Source of the DNA: Peribolospora baueri
Lineage: Eukaryota
DNA length: 35,880 nt
Reading direction: 5' to 3'
Assembly: GCA_029717555.1 (NCBI GenBank)
Contig: JAMDHS010000074.1
Coordinates: 62,001 to 97,880, forward strand
The position numbers and the translations under genes were made by a program. Below the pieces are notes generated by a model. The model did not search any database. It had not been told where the DNA came from and saw only the letters and a program-made list of their open reading frames with translations. How positions within the stretch are numbered: position 1 is the first letter of the stretch; each line of letters opens with the position of its first letter. This document shows positions 19,478-30,492 of this stretch, piece after piece.

Positions 19478-22400
19478 TCAGAACCTGTTAGGAGGTGGCG
19501 AGAGGAACAAGTAGCAGGAGAGTCAGTCAGTAAAGGTTAGGAAATTGGAGCTTGGATGATAGAAGACCGGCGACAGGACATGTGGATTTAATGAATTACT
19601 TACGAGAAAATGGCGCCGCGCATCTTGGGGATGGGATAGACCAGCAGGGAAGAGAAGAAAAGGCCGACTATATCGGACGCGAGACGAAATAAATATGTAA
19701 GGTAGGCGTTTGGTTAGCGCCGGCTTCGTTTTGTCTGAGACTTGATCAGATGGCTCAAGAATGGACTAGAGATGGCTGTCACTTACCTGTGATGCCAATT
19801 GCAACTTGTACCATGCGCATACCAATCTGCAGGCCGGAAGAGAAGCTCTCGCCAGATGAACTGCCAGTGGTCATGGACAAACCTCCAGCGACAGCAATGC
19901 CTAGCCATCATCGAAAGGGGAAGGACGACCCAGGACCCATAAGTATCGAGATATACTCAGGAAAAACGAGACAGATGCTCTTGAGCAGCTGCCTTGGCAG
20001 CTCTGAAACTCACCACTTGGCACAAGTACAAGCACAGCAGTGGCCATGGAAGGGAAGGCAGAGCCACGCCCAAAGCGAGAGTAAAGATTTCCGAGAATGC
20101 CGATGACGAAGGAGCCGACGGCGCTGACGATATCCGAGCGGTTGGGCAGCAGTTGAGTGACGCCAAAGTTAGCCGCATAGCCGGCACACGAGATGACGAG
20201 CATGACGGGGAGCTTGAAGGACGGAAATGAAAGGGGTGCATGGCACAGAGGTGTCAAATGAGGCTCGGCTACCACAAAGGTCCATGAACAGCGGACTGGA
20301 TGGCATGCTCACCTGGCGAGACATAAGCTGCTGCTTGTTGAACAAGCTCAGGAAAAGCGCGAACATGGGAATGAGGATGAACAAGAACCACCTCGAGACG
20401 CCTTGGTGGTACCACGGCCAACTGGGATCACGGAAGCAGACGACATTGCCAGCTTCGAGACCGGTATCAGTACCGTTCTTGAAGCTGAATATGCCGCTGC
20501 CCATGCCTCCAAAGGGGTTGACAGTCGAATTGTCCGGTGTGAAGGTGCCTTGGATGGTAACGGGTGCGCTGGAGCTCGAGAGCGCAGCCTGTTGGGCGGT
20601 GGGCGAGGTCAAGGACGCTGGATAGATGGCTCCAAAGACATCCGAGCCGATGGCCAGGCCGAAGCCGAGGAAGAGACTGTAAAAGATCGCGTAGAGCAGT
20701 CGCACGGAGCCGGATACTATGCTCTTCGAAGCCAGCTCAAGAGCGCCACACACTAAGAAACGTTAAAGCAAGACAGACTACGTTAGCAACTCGCCACGAG
20801 CTTCCTCTGTGGACACTAGTCGAGATGCACTTACGAATGATGTAGCCGGGGAGGATCAAAACGACACCGCCGGCGACGACGCTCTCGTAGCAGAACATGC
20901 CGGTGGCGGAAAGGCCTTTGGAGGCGAAGGAGACGAGGAAAGCGGCAGAGATCTCAAAGACGTTGGAGAAGAGCGGGTTCCGAGCTGCGAGCGTCATTTG
21001 CAGCACGACAACGCAAGCGCCGAGGGCGGAGGCCATGAACATGTCGATGAAGCTTCCGGAAAAGGCGAATCCGGAGACGAAGAAGCTGCAGAGCGCCCCG
21101 AAGACGCAGGTGAGCCAGATGGGATATGGGTCCTTGCGCTTCATGACCTCCTTAAGGGCCTCCGCACCCTCCGCGGCGTGCATCTTATCGTGAATTACCT
21201 TGCGATAGACTGTGTGGATCTCTTGGAGTCTGCCAAGGTCGAGTCCTCCGGAGGACTGCTTGACGAAGTGGGTCGAGCTCGTGTGCGTGTCCTGGTCACC
21301 AAAAGCGATGAGGAGTACGTTGGGCAAGTAAATGAACTGTGCGTCCAGCTCAAGCACTCTCGCCGTCGCCGCCAACTGCGCCTCGATGCGGTGGGTGGGA
21401 GCGCCGAACATCATGAGCGCCCTTGCGAGGCGGATAACAAAGTCATGTCGCTGGAGGATGGCAGCGATGTGCATGGTGATGAAGATCTCTTGCTGCCTCT
21501 TCTTCGACTTGGACTTTGAGCCCTCTTCCGGAGTGTTCGCCCCCGAACGGCTCGGGTAACCGCCCGCCTTCTCGAGGTCCACGGAAGAGGGCGCGTGTAA
21601 GCCGAACATCTTGTTCATCGGCCAGAGAAAATGGCTGCTACCCTTGTGCGCCAGCGGAGACCGGTGGTCACGCAAGCCACTGCTGGCGCCTTCCGCAATG
21701 AGGGTGGGCGTGGCTGAAGCAAAGCTGTCTTTGGTCGAAGTCGGGTGCAAAGCGCGAGTGGCGGCGTGAGCCAGGTTGGCGACCGACTGCGAAGGCGAGA
21801 GCGAGCCGACACGAGCGTGACGTCGTTCTTCTTCTCCGGCGCCAGTGTCCACCGACGTCCTGGGCAGACCAAGTCGACTTGCGCGCTGAGTTGCAGTATC
21901 ACCATACGAGTACCGGCTGAGCTTGTAGCCAGGACGTTTTGGGGCCGGTCCGACGCTGGATGCCGACGGGGTCGCAGGTCCACTGATGTTTCCGGTTGCC
22001 GCGATCAAAGCGCTCAAGCTGGGAGTGCTGGAATGCCGAGAATTCTTCAGACTGTGGGAGGCGATGTGCGCTACCTTGGCTCCCGCATGTTCTGCGTTCT
22101 CGGCCATGCCGGCGGCCGTGTGCACGATGGAGCGGGCGCCTTTGGCTGTGATGTCAGAGAGATCGGTCATAGATGGAGTCTTCTTGTGCAAGCCTTTTCG
22201 GCCGATCGCTGTCGCTGTCCCTTCGCCTCCCGCGTCTTCGCTGGTCCGGCCACGGTTGCCCAAGGGTAAAACGGCGGACATGGGGCGCCGAGCGCGTTCC
22301 CTATTTGGCGTCTCAGCTGACGACGCATTCGGGTCGTCGTTGAAATAGTCGCCCGACGACGTCCCGCCTTCGGGGATGGGTGGCGTGGACGTCGGTGTCG

Positions 22401-23988
22401 TCGTGTTGCTCAGCAAGCCGCCGGTACTATCGACGCGTCTCAACGACGGCGTGTTGCCACCTCTGTTCGACGGCAGGGGATACTTGGCCAAACGCTCGCG
22501 TTCGCGCTTCTGGGCGAGTTTACCAAGCGTCGTGACGCTGTCGCCTTCCGCGCTTCTGCTCCTGAGACCGGCCAAGCTGGGCCTCAGATTAGAGAAGGCG
22601 TTGCTGACGATGCTGGATGGCCGCTGTGACTTGCGCCGATCGATGGGAAGTGGCGGCGTGACCATGCCACCGTATCCAGGAGCGCCCAACACGAGACCTG
22701 GAGATAGAGCGCCTTGAGCGGACGACGACTGCCCATACAGCTTGAGAAGGCTGCTGAGCACACCGTCGCCTCCAGTGAAAGCGCTCTTGGAATGCTTGCT
22801 CTTGCGCTGAAGACGTTCGACACCCACACGGTCCACTTCGGCCTCGGCTTCGAGGGCGCGCCTCTCAAAGTCGGCCAGGTCGAGGTCTTCATGACGTTCA
22901 TCCTGGGGACCGTCAGCGGCTCGGCCAGGCGGGACCAACCCTGGGGTGTCCGGAGGCGACGAATTGGCGCTGACCGTTTCGCTGGCCGGTTGACTGGACT
23001 CGGCCTTTGCCGCGTCGTAATCGGATCCTCGACCGTGCATGAGGCGATGAAAACTCTTTATCGAAAGACCACGAGGCAGGTTGAGGAATCGAACCTTCGG
23101 ACGGTTGACGTCACTGGGGACCGAGTTGCTCCTCGAGCGCTTCTCAGCGTCCGACGCCGTTGCATCGAATGCCGTCGGGCTCGTCGGGCTCGGTAGAGTC
23201 GCCCTTTTGACATCCCGAAGGACGTCGTCTTTGGGACCCTTTCCGATGTCGTCCAGCGGTATTATGCTCAAATCGTTCTCTGCATCGCCCAGTAAGAGAT
23301 TCCTGGGACCAACGACAGGACTGCTCCGCGCCGACTGAACAGCCGAGGCCGTTCCACTAGGCTCGGCCCGCTTGGAATCGGACGTGGAGGGAAACTGCAC
23401 GGAGTCGTGGAAAGGAGATTCGGCAGGGGGAAGGCGGAGGATGGTCGGTGGTCCGTCAACAGAGGCTGGGCGTAAGGCGATAGAAGGCGAGGGAGAGGCT
23501 GAAGATGGCGCCGGATCGGCGAAAGGGCTGCGGTCCTCGGCACCAAGGGCTGGGATCGGAGGAGAGGAATCGAAGGTGTCCACCGAAAGAAGGGTGGCTT
23601 GGTCGAGGTCCAACGCGCGCGTCGACTCATCACCCTCCTCGACGTCACCGAGAATGAAAAACTTGCCTCGCGAACTCGAGCCATGATTGTTGTTCCGACT
23701 AGGTTTCAAACCGCTCCTCGACTGTGCGGGCGTTCGACTGCTCGGTGTGGCGGCGGCGATGGAGGAAGTCGGACCGGCGCTAGAAAGAGAGGGCTGAATG
23801 GACATGGATGCCGGCGAGCGATCCGTTCTGATGGGCGGGAGGTTGCGAGGGTTGCCTAGAGACCGAGTGGCTCCACTTGAACTTGAAGTCGAGGAGTCCT
23901 GTTGCGCCGATGAGGTGGACGCCTCGGCGTCGTCATCACCATACCAGTGCACCCGCGAGCGGGGGCGCGAGGGAGGTGGCCGATCCAT
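19478..23988 (-). CDS. PRM10: PRM10-like membrane protein (ThrE/DUF1212 threonine-serine exporter family) with very long disordered N-terminus, ~1325 aa, 6 exons
   Basis: Exons 23988-20835, 20752-20313, 20212-20014, 19900-19787, 19667-19604, 19484-19478 (3978 nt, in frame). Motifs: GVLSSLLKLY, IFITMHIAAILQRHDFVIRLARALMMFGAPTHRIE, VLILPGYIILCGALELASKSIVSGSVRLLYA, MVQVAIGITVGLF, C-terminal GAIFSF. Confidence 0.9.
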
Positions 23989-25953
23989 GCTAAGGGACGT
24001 AGTCTAGGGGAAAAAGTGCGGTTGCCACCGCCGGTGGCAAGAAAGAATCTAGATGAAGAGAGGGCGAGGGCGGGTCGGGCTGCTGACCAGTTGTGCGAGA
24101 GTTGCGCGTCAGTTATACAAAAGAGGGAAAGTCATCGGCCTGGAGAAAGGGTGTCGAACAGGACGACGACAAAGAGCAAAGGGAACGCGGGGTCGAGAAT
24201 AGAAAGCGAAGAGTGATAAGGTTGAGAGTGGCGAGTCGGCGACTACCGGCGTTGAAATGGAGTCTATCGTCTAGATGGGGTCGTAAGGTCGGTCGTCTAA
24301 CGTCGGAGGAACTTGAGAATGTGGACGACCTAGAGACGAATTAGTCAGAGAGCGCAAGGCCCGGGGAATAAAAAACTGACGACGACGGGGTCGTCGTTCA
24401 AGGTGGTGGTGGCGAAGAAGAGGGGAAGATGGACGAGAAAGAGCGAGAAAACGGCAAAATCATAAGTTGCCGTCAACGCGACCAGCTGAGGATCCCGAGG
24501 GATGGAAGTATTAGCTGGGAAGGTTCCCATCTTCCGTTTTTATCGCCATAACCATCACCGCTAGCCGTAATGATCGGTCAAGCACGCTCCCGGCTCAGTA
24601 ACGGACTGCAAAGTCGCCGGCGGGCGGATGCCGCCTAGCACGCACCCAAATATTCCTGCTAGATCTGGGCCGCCAGTGTTCGCTGGAACGGGGCGGGGGG
24701 CGGGCGGGCATCATAGGAAAAAGAAGACGATGAATACTGGAGGAACGTGACGGAAATTGATGGATGTAAGCCGTGGTTGGGTCGCCGCCAAGCAAGTTGA
24801 GACACCGTTCACGGCCGAAACCTGTGCGAGTGGAGCACAGAACAGGCTGTGACGACGGAAGGAAAGGGCAGGCGGCGACAGAGCCTATGAGCGCTAAGTG
24901 CGATCCGGTGGGTCCGTCGATCGAGCTGGGGAATGGCGGCGCCGGAAGTCGGACTGCTGACGACGGCGGTGACCGTTCGTCCATTCCTCAGGTCAAGATA
25001 GGTGGCTCTCGGACCGGCGGCCAGTATGTGACACGACTCGTGTACCTGACAGGGCCTGCGTGGATTGCCCTCGCAGATGACAGGCATCCGAGGTGCGTGG
25101 CTGACGGGTGCGCATTGCGATCGGGCGGTGAGCGTGCCCTGCCCGTGCAGTGAGGCGATGAAAACAAGGTGCAGTATGTATCGGAGATCGACTGCCGGTT
25201 GTCATCTTGTCGATAATCCCACGACGAGATCAGATCAAATCACGGCCGGATGTGAGTGGCTGCGATCCGATCGACTCGGATTCTTCGGCCGGCCCTCGGC
25301 TCCCGTCTCCGTCTCCTTCCTGGCCGGCGTCTTTTCTTCTTGTCGATCTGGGCAAGCGCAGTTGCCGTAGCCGTAACTTTGTCCGCGCCCATCCTTAAAA
25401 TTCAGAAATCCTTTCGAGCTCTCTTTTTCTTTCCTCCACTGTGCCGTTCTCGGCCGTGTGACTAATGCTCTCTCGCGTGGAACAGACATGCCAGCATGGA
25501 GAAAGCATGAAGGACGGAGCCAACGAGCAGGCGAGGCGAGTCGATGCATACAATACCGACTGGCGAGTTCCATCGAGACCTGGGAAGGAACACCGCTGTA
25601 GGGGATGCCTTCATCTGCTCAAAGAGTCAGCATCCCAGTTCAAGATGCATGAAGAGGCTTGCTTGGCTCTTGGCTGAGGCTGGATTGCACCGACGGAGGA
25701 AGAGAAAAACGGGGCCGACCTGTCCATGTCCTCTCGCCGCCGGCGAACACCTCGCCCCTCGCTGCCGCAGCCGGGTTGTCGGAGGCCGGGACGGAGGGAG
25801 AGCGTGGCCGCAGTCAACACTGACTTTCTTCCTCGCATCCTTTTCACCGTCCCTGGCTCCTCCATCCTCGAGTCGCACTCTTTATGCGTCGATAGATCGA
25901 TTGACCTCTGCTTCTTGAAAGGTCTCCTTTCGCCACTTAGAGACCGAGCCCCT

Positions 25954-27837
25954 ATGTCCCATCCAGGATCGGCCACGCCAGGCCAAGGCAAGACGGACAC
26001 GGTCGCCCCCATCCTCCCCTCCGCTTCCTCCCCTTTCGCCTCTTCTCATCGATCATTACGCGCCGCAGGGCTGCCCGACGTAAAGGCGGGCGCGGACTTG
26101 CGCGAGGTTGTATACGCCAAGCAAGATGCCGAGGTAAAGGACAAGGGGAAGAAGAAGGACACCAACTTCATGCCTGCCAAGAGCTGGCTGCACTTCGTCG
26201 CCGGGGGGTGAGCGTGACTTCGCCTTGATCTTTTCAGTTGAGCGATAAATAGGGAATGCGGGACGGCGCTAACGGTCGTATTCTACCTTCTTTTTCTCGT
26301 CTTACAGTCTCGGCGGCATGTGTGGCGCCATCATTACTTCCCCACTCGACGTCGTCAAGACGCGCCTTCAATCCTCCCTCTACCAGCATGCTGGCTTTAA
26401 GGCCACATCTGCCTCCGCCTCTACCGTTACGCCAGCTTCAAGTTCATTAGCATCGGGGGGTGCTCCGGGAACAGTGCGACGGCTTCTATATCATTTCGTA
26501 GAAACTGGCCAGATTCTAAGGGACATTCAACGGTATGAAGGTGCCAAGGCCTTGTTCAAGGGGTTGGGGCCTACGCTGGTGGGGGTGATACCTGCGAGGT
26601 GAGCCGCCCAAGTCACATCTACATCTACAGGGGTCGCTCGAGAGCAGATAGTGCTCTATGTCGCCTCCCTTTCCTCTTGAGCCCGAGCTGACTCACCCAT
26701 CGTCTTCCTCACCGCCTGTGCAGATCGATCAACTTTTTTGCCTACGGTAATGGTAAACAAGTGCTCGCGCAGAAGTTCAACGGCGGACGGGAGACACCGA
26801 TCGTTCACCTCTCAGCAGCCGCCATGGCCGGTCTTATTACCGCTACTGCTACCAATCCGATCTGGGTCGTCAAGACGCGATTACAACTTCAGTACAAGGA
26901 GAAAAAAGCTGCTGCGGAGAAGACGGCCTCGACTGGCGCGAGTGCGGCGAACAAGACCTCAGCTGCTGGCGCGGTGGCGAGAAGCGGTGGAGGCGCGTCC
27001 CTGGCTCTGCCGCAACGAGCATTGCACGCCGCCGCGGATGCCTCCACGGCGGCGCGACCGCCACGTTTCACCCCGTCCTTTTTCCCGGTCCAGCATCCAG
27101 CGACGGTGACGTACGCAAACTCGTTTTCGCTCACCATGCATATCATCCAAACCGAGGGTGTGCGGGGACTGTATAAAGGTCTCTCGGCGAGCTATCTTGG
27201 CGTGACGGAGGGGACGATCCAGTGGGTATTATACGAGCAATTGAAGCGTTGGGGAGGGGCAACGGGCGCAGCTGAGGTGGATGGAGGGAGGAAGAATTCG
27301 GGCGGGAAGGTGAAGAGGTGGTTCAGCACCGTTGGGGCGGCTGGCGGCGCAAAGTTGGTCGCAAGCCTTATCACGTATCCACACGAGGTAAGCAAACGAA
27401 CTGGATCGCGCAGGGGTTATTTTCGCGTGCGGTTCGGAGAGGTTCGGTTCGATCCAGTCTGATCGCTCATGTGAACGTCATCACCATGTTTTCACCCTTG
27501 TTCCTCTGACTGCGCAGGTCATTCGCACGCGCCTGAGACAAGAACCACCACCGCCCTCGCCAGGCGCACCGAAGCCACCCAGGAAGTACACGGGCTTGAT
27601 GCAAACCGCCCGGTTGGTGATCAAGGAGGAGGGAGCGGCAGCGTTATATGGCGGGCTCAGCGCACATTTGCTTAGGGTCGTGCCGGTGAGTGTTGCACCG
27701 GATAATTAGTCTAGGATGAGCAGGCTTTTAAAAGTTATATCTCACCTCTCCGCCTTTCCTTCTTACCCCTTCCCTCACTCCAGAATGCTGCGGTCATGTT
27801 CTCAATTTACGAACTCGCCCTCCGTTTTTCCGGATGA
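25954..27837 (+). CDS. RIM2: Mitochondrial carrier, RIM2/SLC25A33/36-like pyrimidine nucleotide transporter, ~476 aa, 5 exons
   Basis: Exons 25954-26207, 26308-26598, 26724-27387, 27518-27685, 27784-27837 (1431 nt). Three carrier repeats: PLDVVKTRLQ, NPIWVVKTRLQL, YPHEVIRTRLRQ. Also SWLHFVAGG, LFKGLGPTLVGVIPARSINFFAYG, LYKGLSASYLG. An in-frame upstream ATG at 25726 is an alternative start. Confidence 0.93.
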
Positions 27838-28715
27838 ACCAGTCGCGTTTTACGCGCTCGCTCATTTTTTCCTTCAACTAATTCCTCCCATCGCCGCTTT
27901 CCCAACTTTCCCAACCTGCTCCTGTCCGCCCATTATCTCCGCTCTCTCCGCATGCTCATCGTTTCATTGTCGCCGCCTGTTCCGTAAGATACCCCACTTG
28001 CAGTACGACATTATCTGTCGTTGTTCTCTAAATTTACTTTCTTTGTCCTGGCTATCCTTGCATCGCTAAGAACTCCTTCCCCTCGTCCTCTGCTCGTTCG
28101 ACTAATTTGGTGTATGTCTTCCGTACGGTTTGGCAGCTATTTTCCCCATTCTCCCTCAGCATGTATCTCGTTCCCCCGTCGCTCTCGCGCTCTCCCCTCT
28201 ACTTCCCATCCCGTGCTGCCTGCTTCATCGGGCTGTCTTAGACTGAATCGGTTCAATCCCCGTAAGATCGGATCCCGGTGGGGGTGCCTATGAAATTTCT
28301 CTCACAGAACGGAATTACATGCCGACGTGACGTTCTGTTAGCTGCAGGCTAGCCGTCAGATGCCTCGCACGCACGGCGCCCGCAACAGCGATTGGTAGCG
28401 TGGCCTCCACCTTACGATTCCGAGGCTTGTGATGGAGATGTCGCTCCCGATGAAAGGGTCGAAAGCAGGCGAAACTTGCAAAGCAACGAGGAGCGCTCGG
28501 TGCTGCGGGAAGGAGGCCGTGCGATGGAACCAAACGTATAGAGTAGGCGCGTGCGTTCGCCAAACGCGTAAAGTGGCGCGCGTGGTGGACTCCGTGACGC
28601 GTCCGCCAGACAGGACTCACTTCCACCACCACGTCGGACGGACGAACGGGCGTGTCTCGTATCCCATCGCAAGTCTTTTTCATCTTCACATTGTCGCCTC
28701 GAGCGTACGCTCAGT

Positions 28716-30110
28716 ATGTCCGGAAACGACGACCCTGCGTCCCTCTTCTTTGCGCCGGACGAGGAGGTGGACTTGTACGGAGTGCTTGGGGTCAAACCCG
28801 AGGCGAGCGAGGATGAGATCCGCAAGGCGTACCGCAAGTGAGTGCCCTCTCCGATCCAGGAGCACGTCTTCCACGCTTGCCCGAGGACGCTTATGAATAT
28901 CTCGTGTTTTGCATATGGCCTCAGGCTCGCGTTAAAGCACCACCCGGATAAACTTCGTGTGCAGACCTCCTCAGACGCGACCGCACACGAAGACGCCGCG
29001 CACACGTTCCAGAAAATCAATTTTGCCTACGCCGTCCTTTCCAACCCGGCACGCCGCAAGCGGTTTGACAGCACGGGTCGTACGGACGAGATGTTCTTGG
29101 CGGAGGGTGATGAGGAGTTTAGCTGGGATGATTACTTTGCGGAGCTTTGGAAGGGCGAGGTGTCCGGGGAGGCGCTAGATAAGGAGAAGCAGCGATACCA
29201 GGGTGAGTCGAGAGGGAGGGCGGTATGGCGGAGAAAGTGCCGTTCGTATATCATTCTGACACTGTACGGACGTTCCCCATATCTCTCCGTGTATCACGCT
29301 TGCGTACGGCCGTCCGTCCTCCTTTCAGGCTCCGACGAAGAGCTAGCGGAGCTCAAGGCTGCGTACTTGAACTCGTCAGGGTCGCTGGATTCCATTTTCG
29401 ACCACATCCCTTTCTCGGAGGTTGAGGCGGATGAAGAGCGTTTCATCTCTATTCTCTCGGCACTCGTTGCATCGGGCGATCTCCCAACTTTTGCGCAATG
29501 GGAGAAGGACATCAAGGACGGCAGGGCTAAGGAAAAGAGGAGAAAGCGGGCGCAAGAGGAGGCGAGACAGGCCGAAGAGTATGCCAAGGAGCTCGGCGTG
29601 TGGGACGAGATGTTTGGAAGCAAGAAGAAGGGGAACCGAAGGGCAAAGGCCACGAAGGGCAAGACGGCCTCCGGCGACGACAAAGCCGCCGCCGCCAATG
29701 GCAATGGCAAAGCGACCAAGGGAAAGAAGACGAAGAAGGGCGAGGAGGAGGAGGAGGACGTCTCCGCTCTCGCCGCGCTCATCCAGAAACGCTCGGCGGG
29801 ACGCTTCGACGCCATGATTGAAGGCTTGGAGGCTCGCTACGCCAAGCCGTCCGGTGGTAAGGCGAACGGCGGCAAGGCGAAGAGGAGGAAGAACAAGGGG
29901 GATGACTTTGTCGTCTCCGATGAAGAACAAGGGAACGAACCAGACGAGGTATCGGCGGGCAAGAAGCGCAAAGCCAGGGCGCCCCCGCCGCCGACGGAGG
30001 AGGAGTTTGAGAGGATCCAGAAGGAGATGGATGAGAGAAGAGCCAAGGCCAAGGCGAATGCTAGCAACAACGGCACCGCGCCCAGGGCGGGCAAGCGTAC
30101 CAAGGCTTGA
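28716..30110 (+). CDS. DNAJC9: J-domain (DnaJ/Hsp40 class C) protein, DNAJC9-like, ~393 aa, 3 exons
   Basis: Exons 28716-28837, 28925-29202, 29329-30110 (1182 nt). J domain: DLYGVLGV..EIRKAYRKLALKHHPDK..FQKINFAYAVLS..RKRFDSTG. Followed by YQGSDEELAELKAAY, DEERF, LAALIQKR..LEARYA, and a K/R-rich C-terminus. Confidence 0.88.
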
Positions 30111-30492
30111 AGTGACGTCAGACGCGGGTCAGCGTGGATGTCGGATTCGCTCCTTCCCTGCTTCATTGTACCTCTTCGACTTGTACAGTACCTCGAACTA
30201 CATGTGTAATTTCGTATTTGTGACTTGGATCTGTACGTCGGGCTCTCCAGGCGCGAGAGGGAAACAGATACATTCTGGGCAGTGCCGGAAGCGCCGCAAG
30301 CTGGTGGGGTGTTCGGACGTGCACGATGATGGGCCGACGCCAACTCGCGTGGGCGGTGTCGACGCGCATACGACGATCGCGCGATGTCGACGTTGATCGC
30401 TGATCGGCCCGCGAGCGTCCACCACGTCGAACTTTCCCCTCAATACCTCTCTCACAGTTACGTCTCGAGCCGCGAGCTAGGACCGACTGACC

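Noticed and set aside
28245..28265. GGTTCAATCCC resembling a tRNA T-loop / B-box
   Set aside because: T-stem does not pair, and no D-arm, anticodon arm or acceptor stem can be formed.
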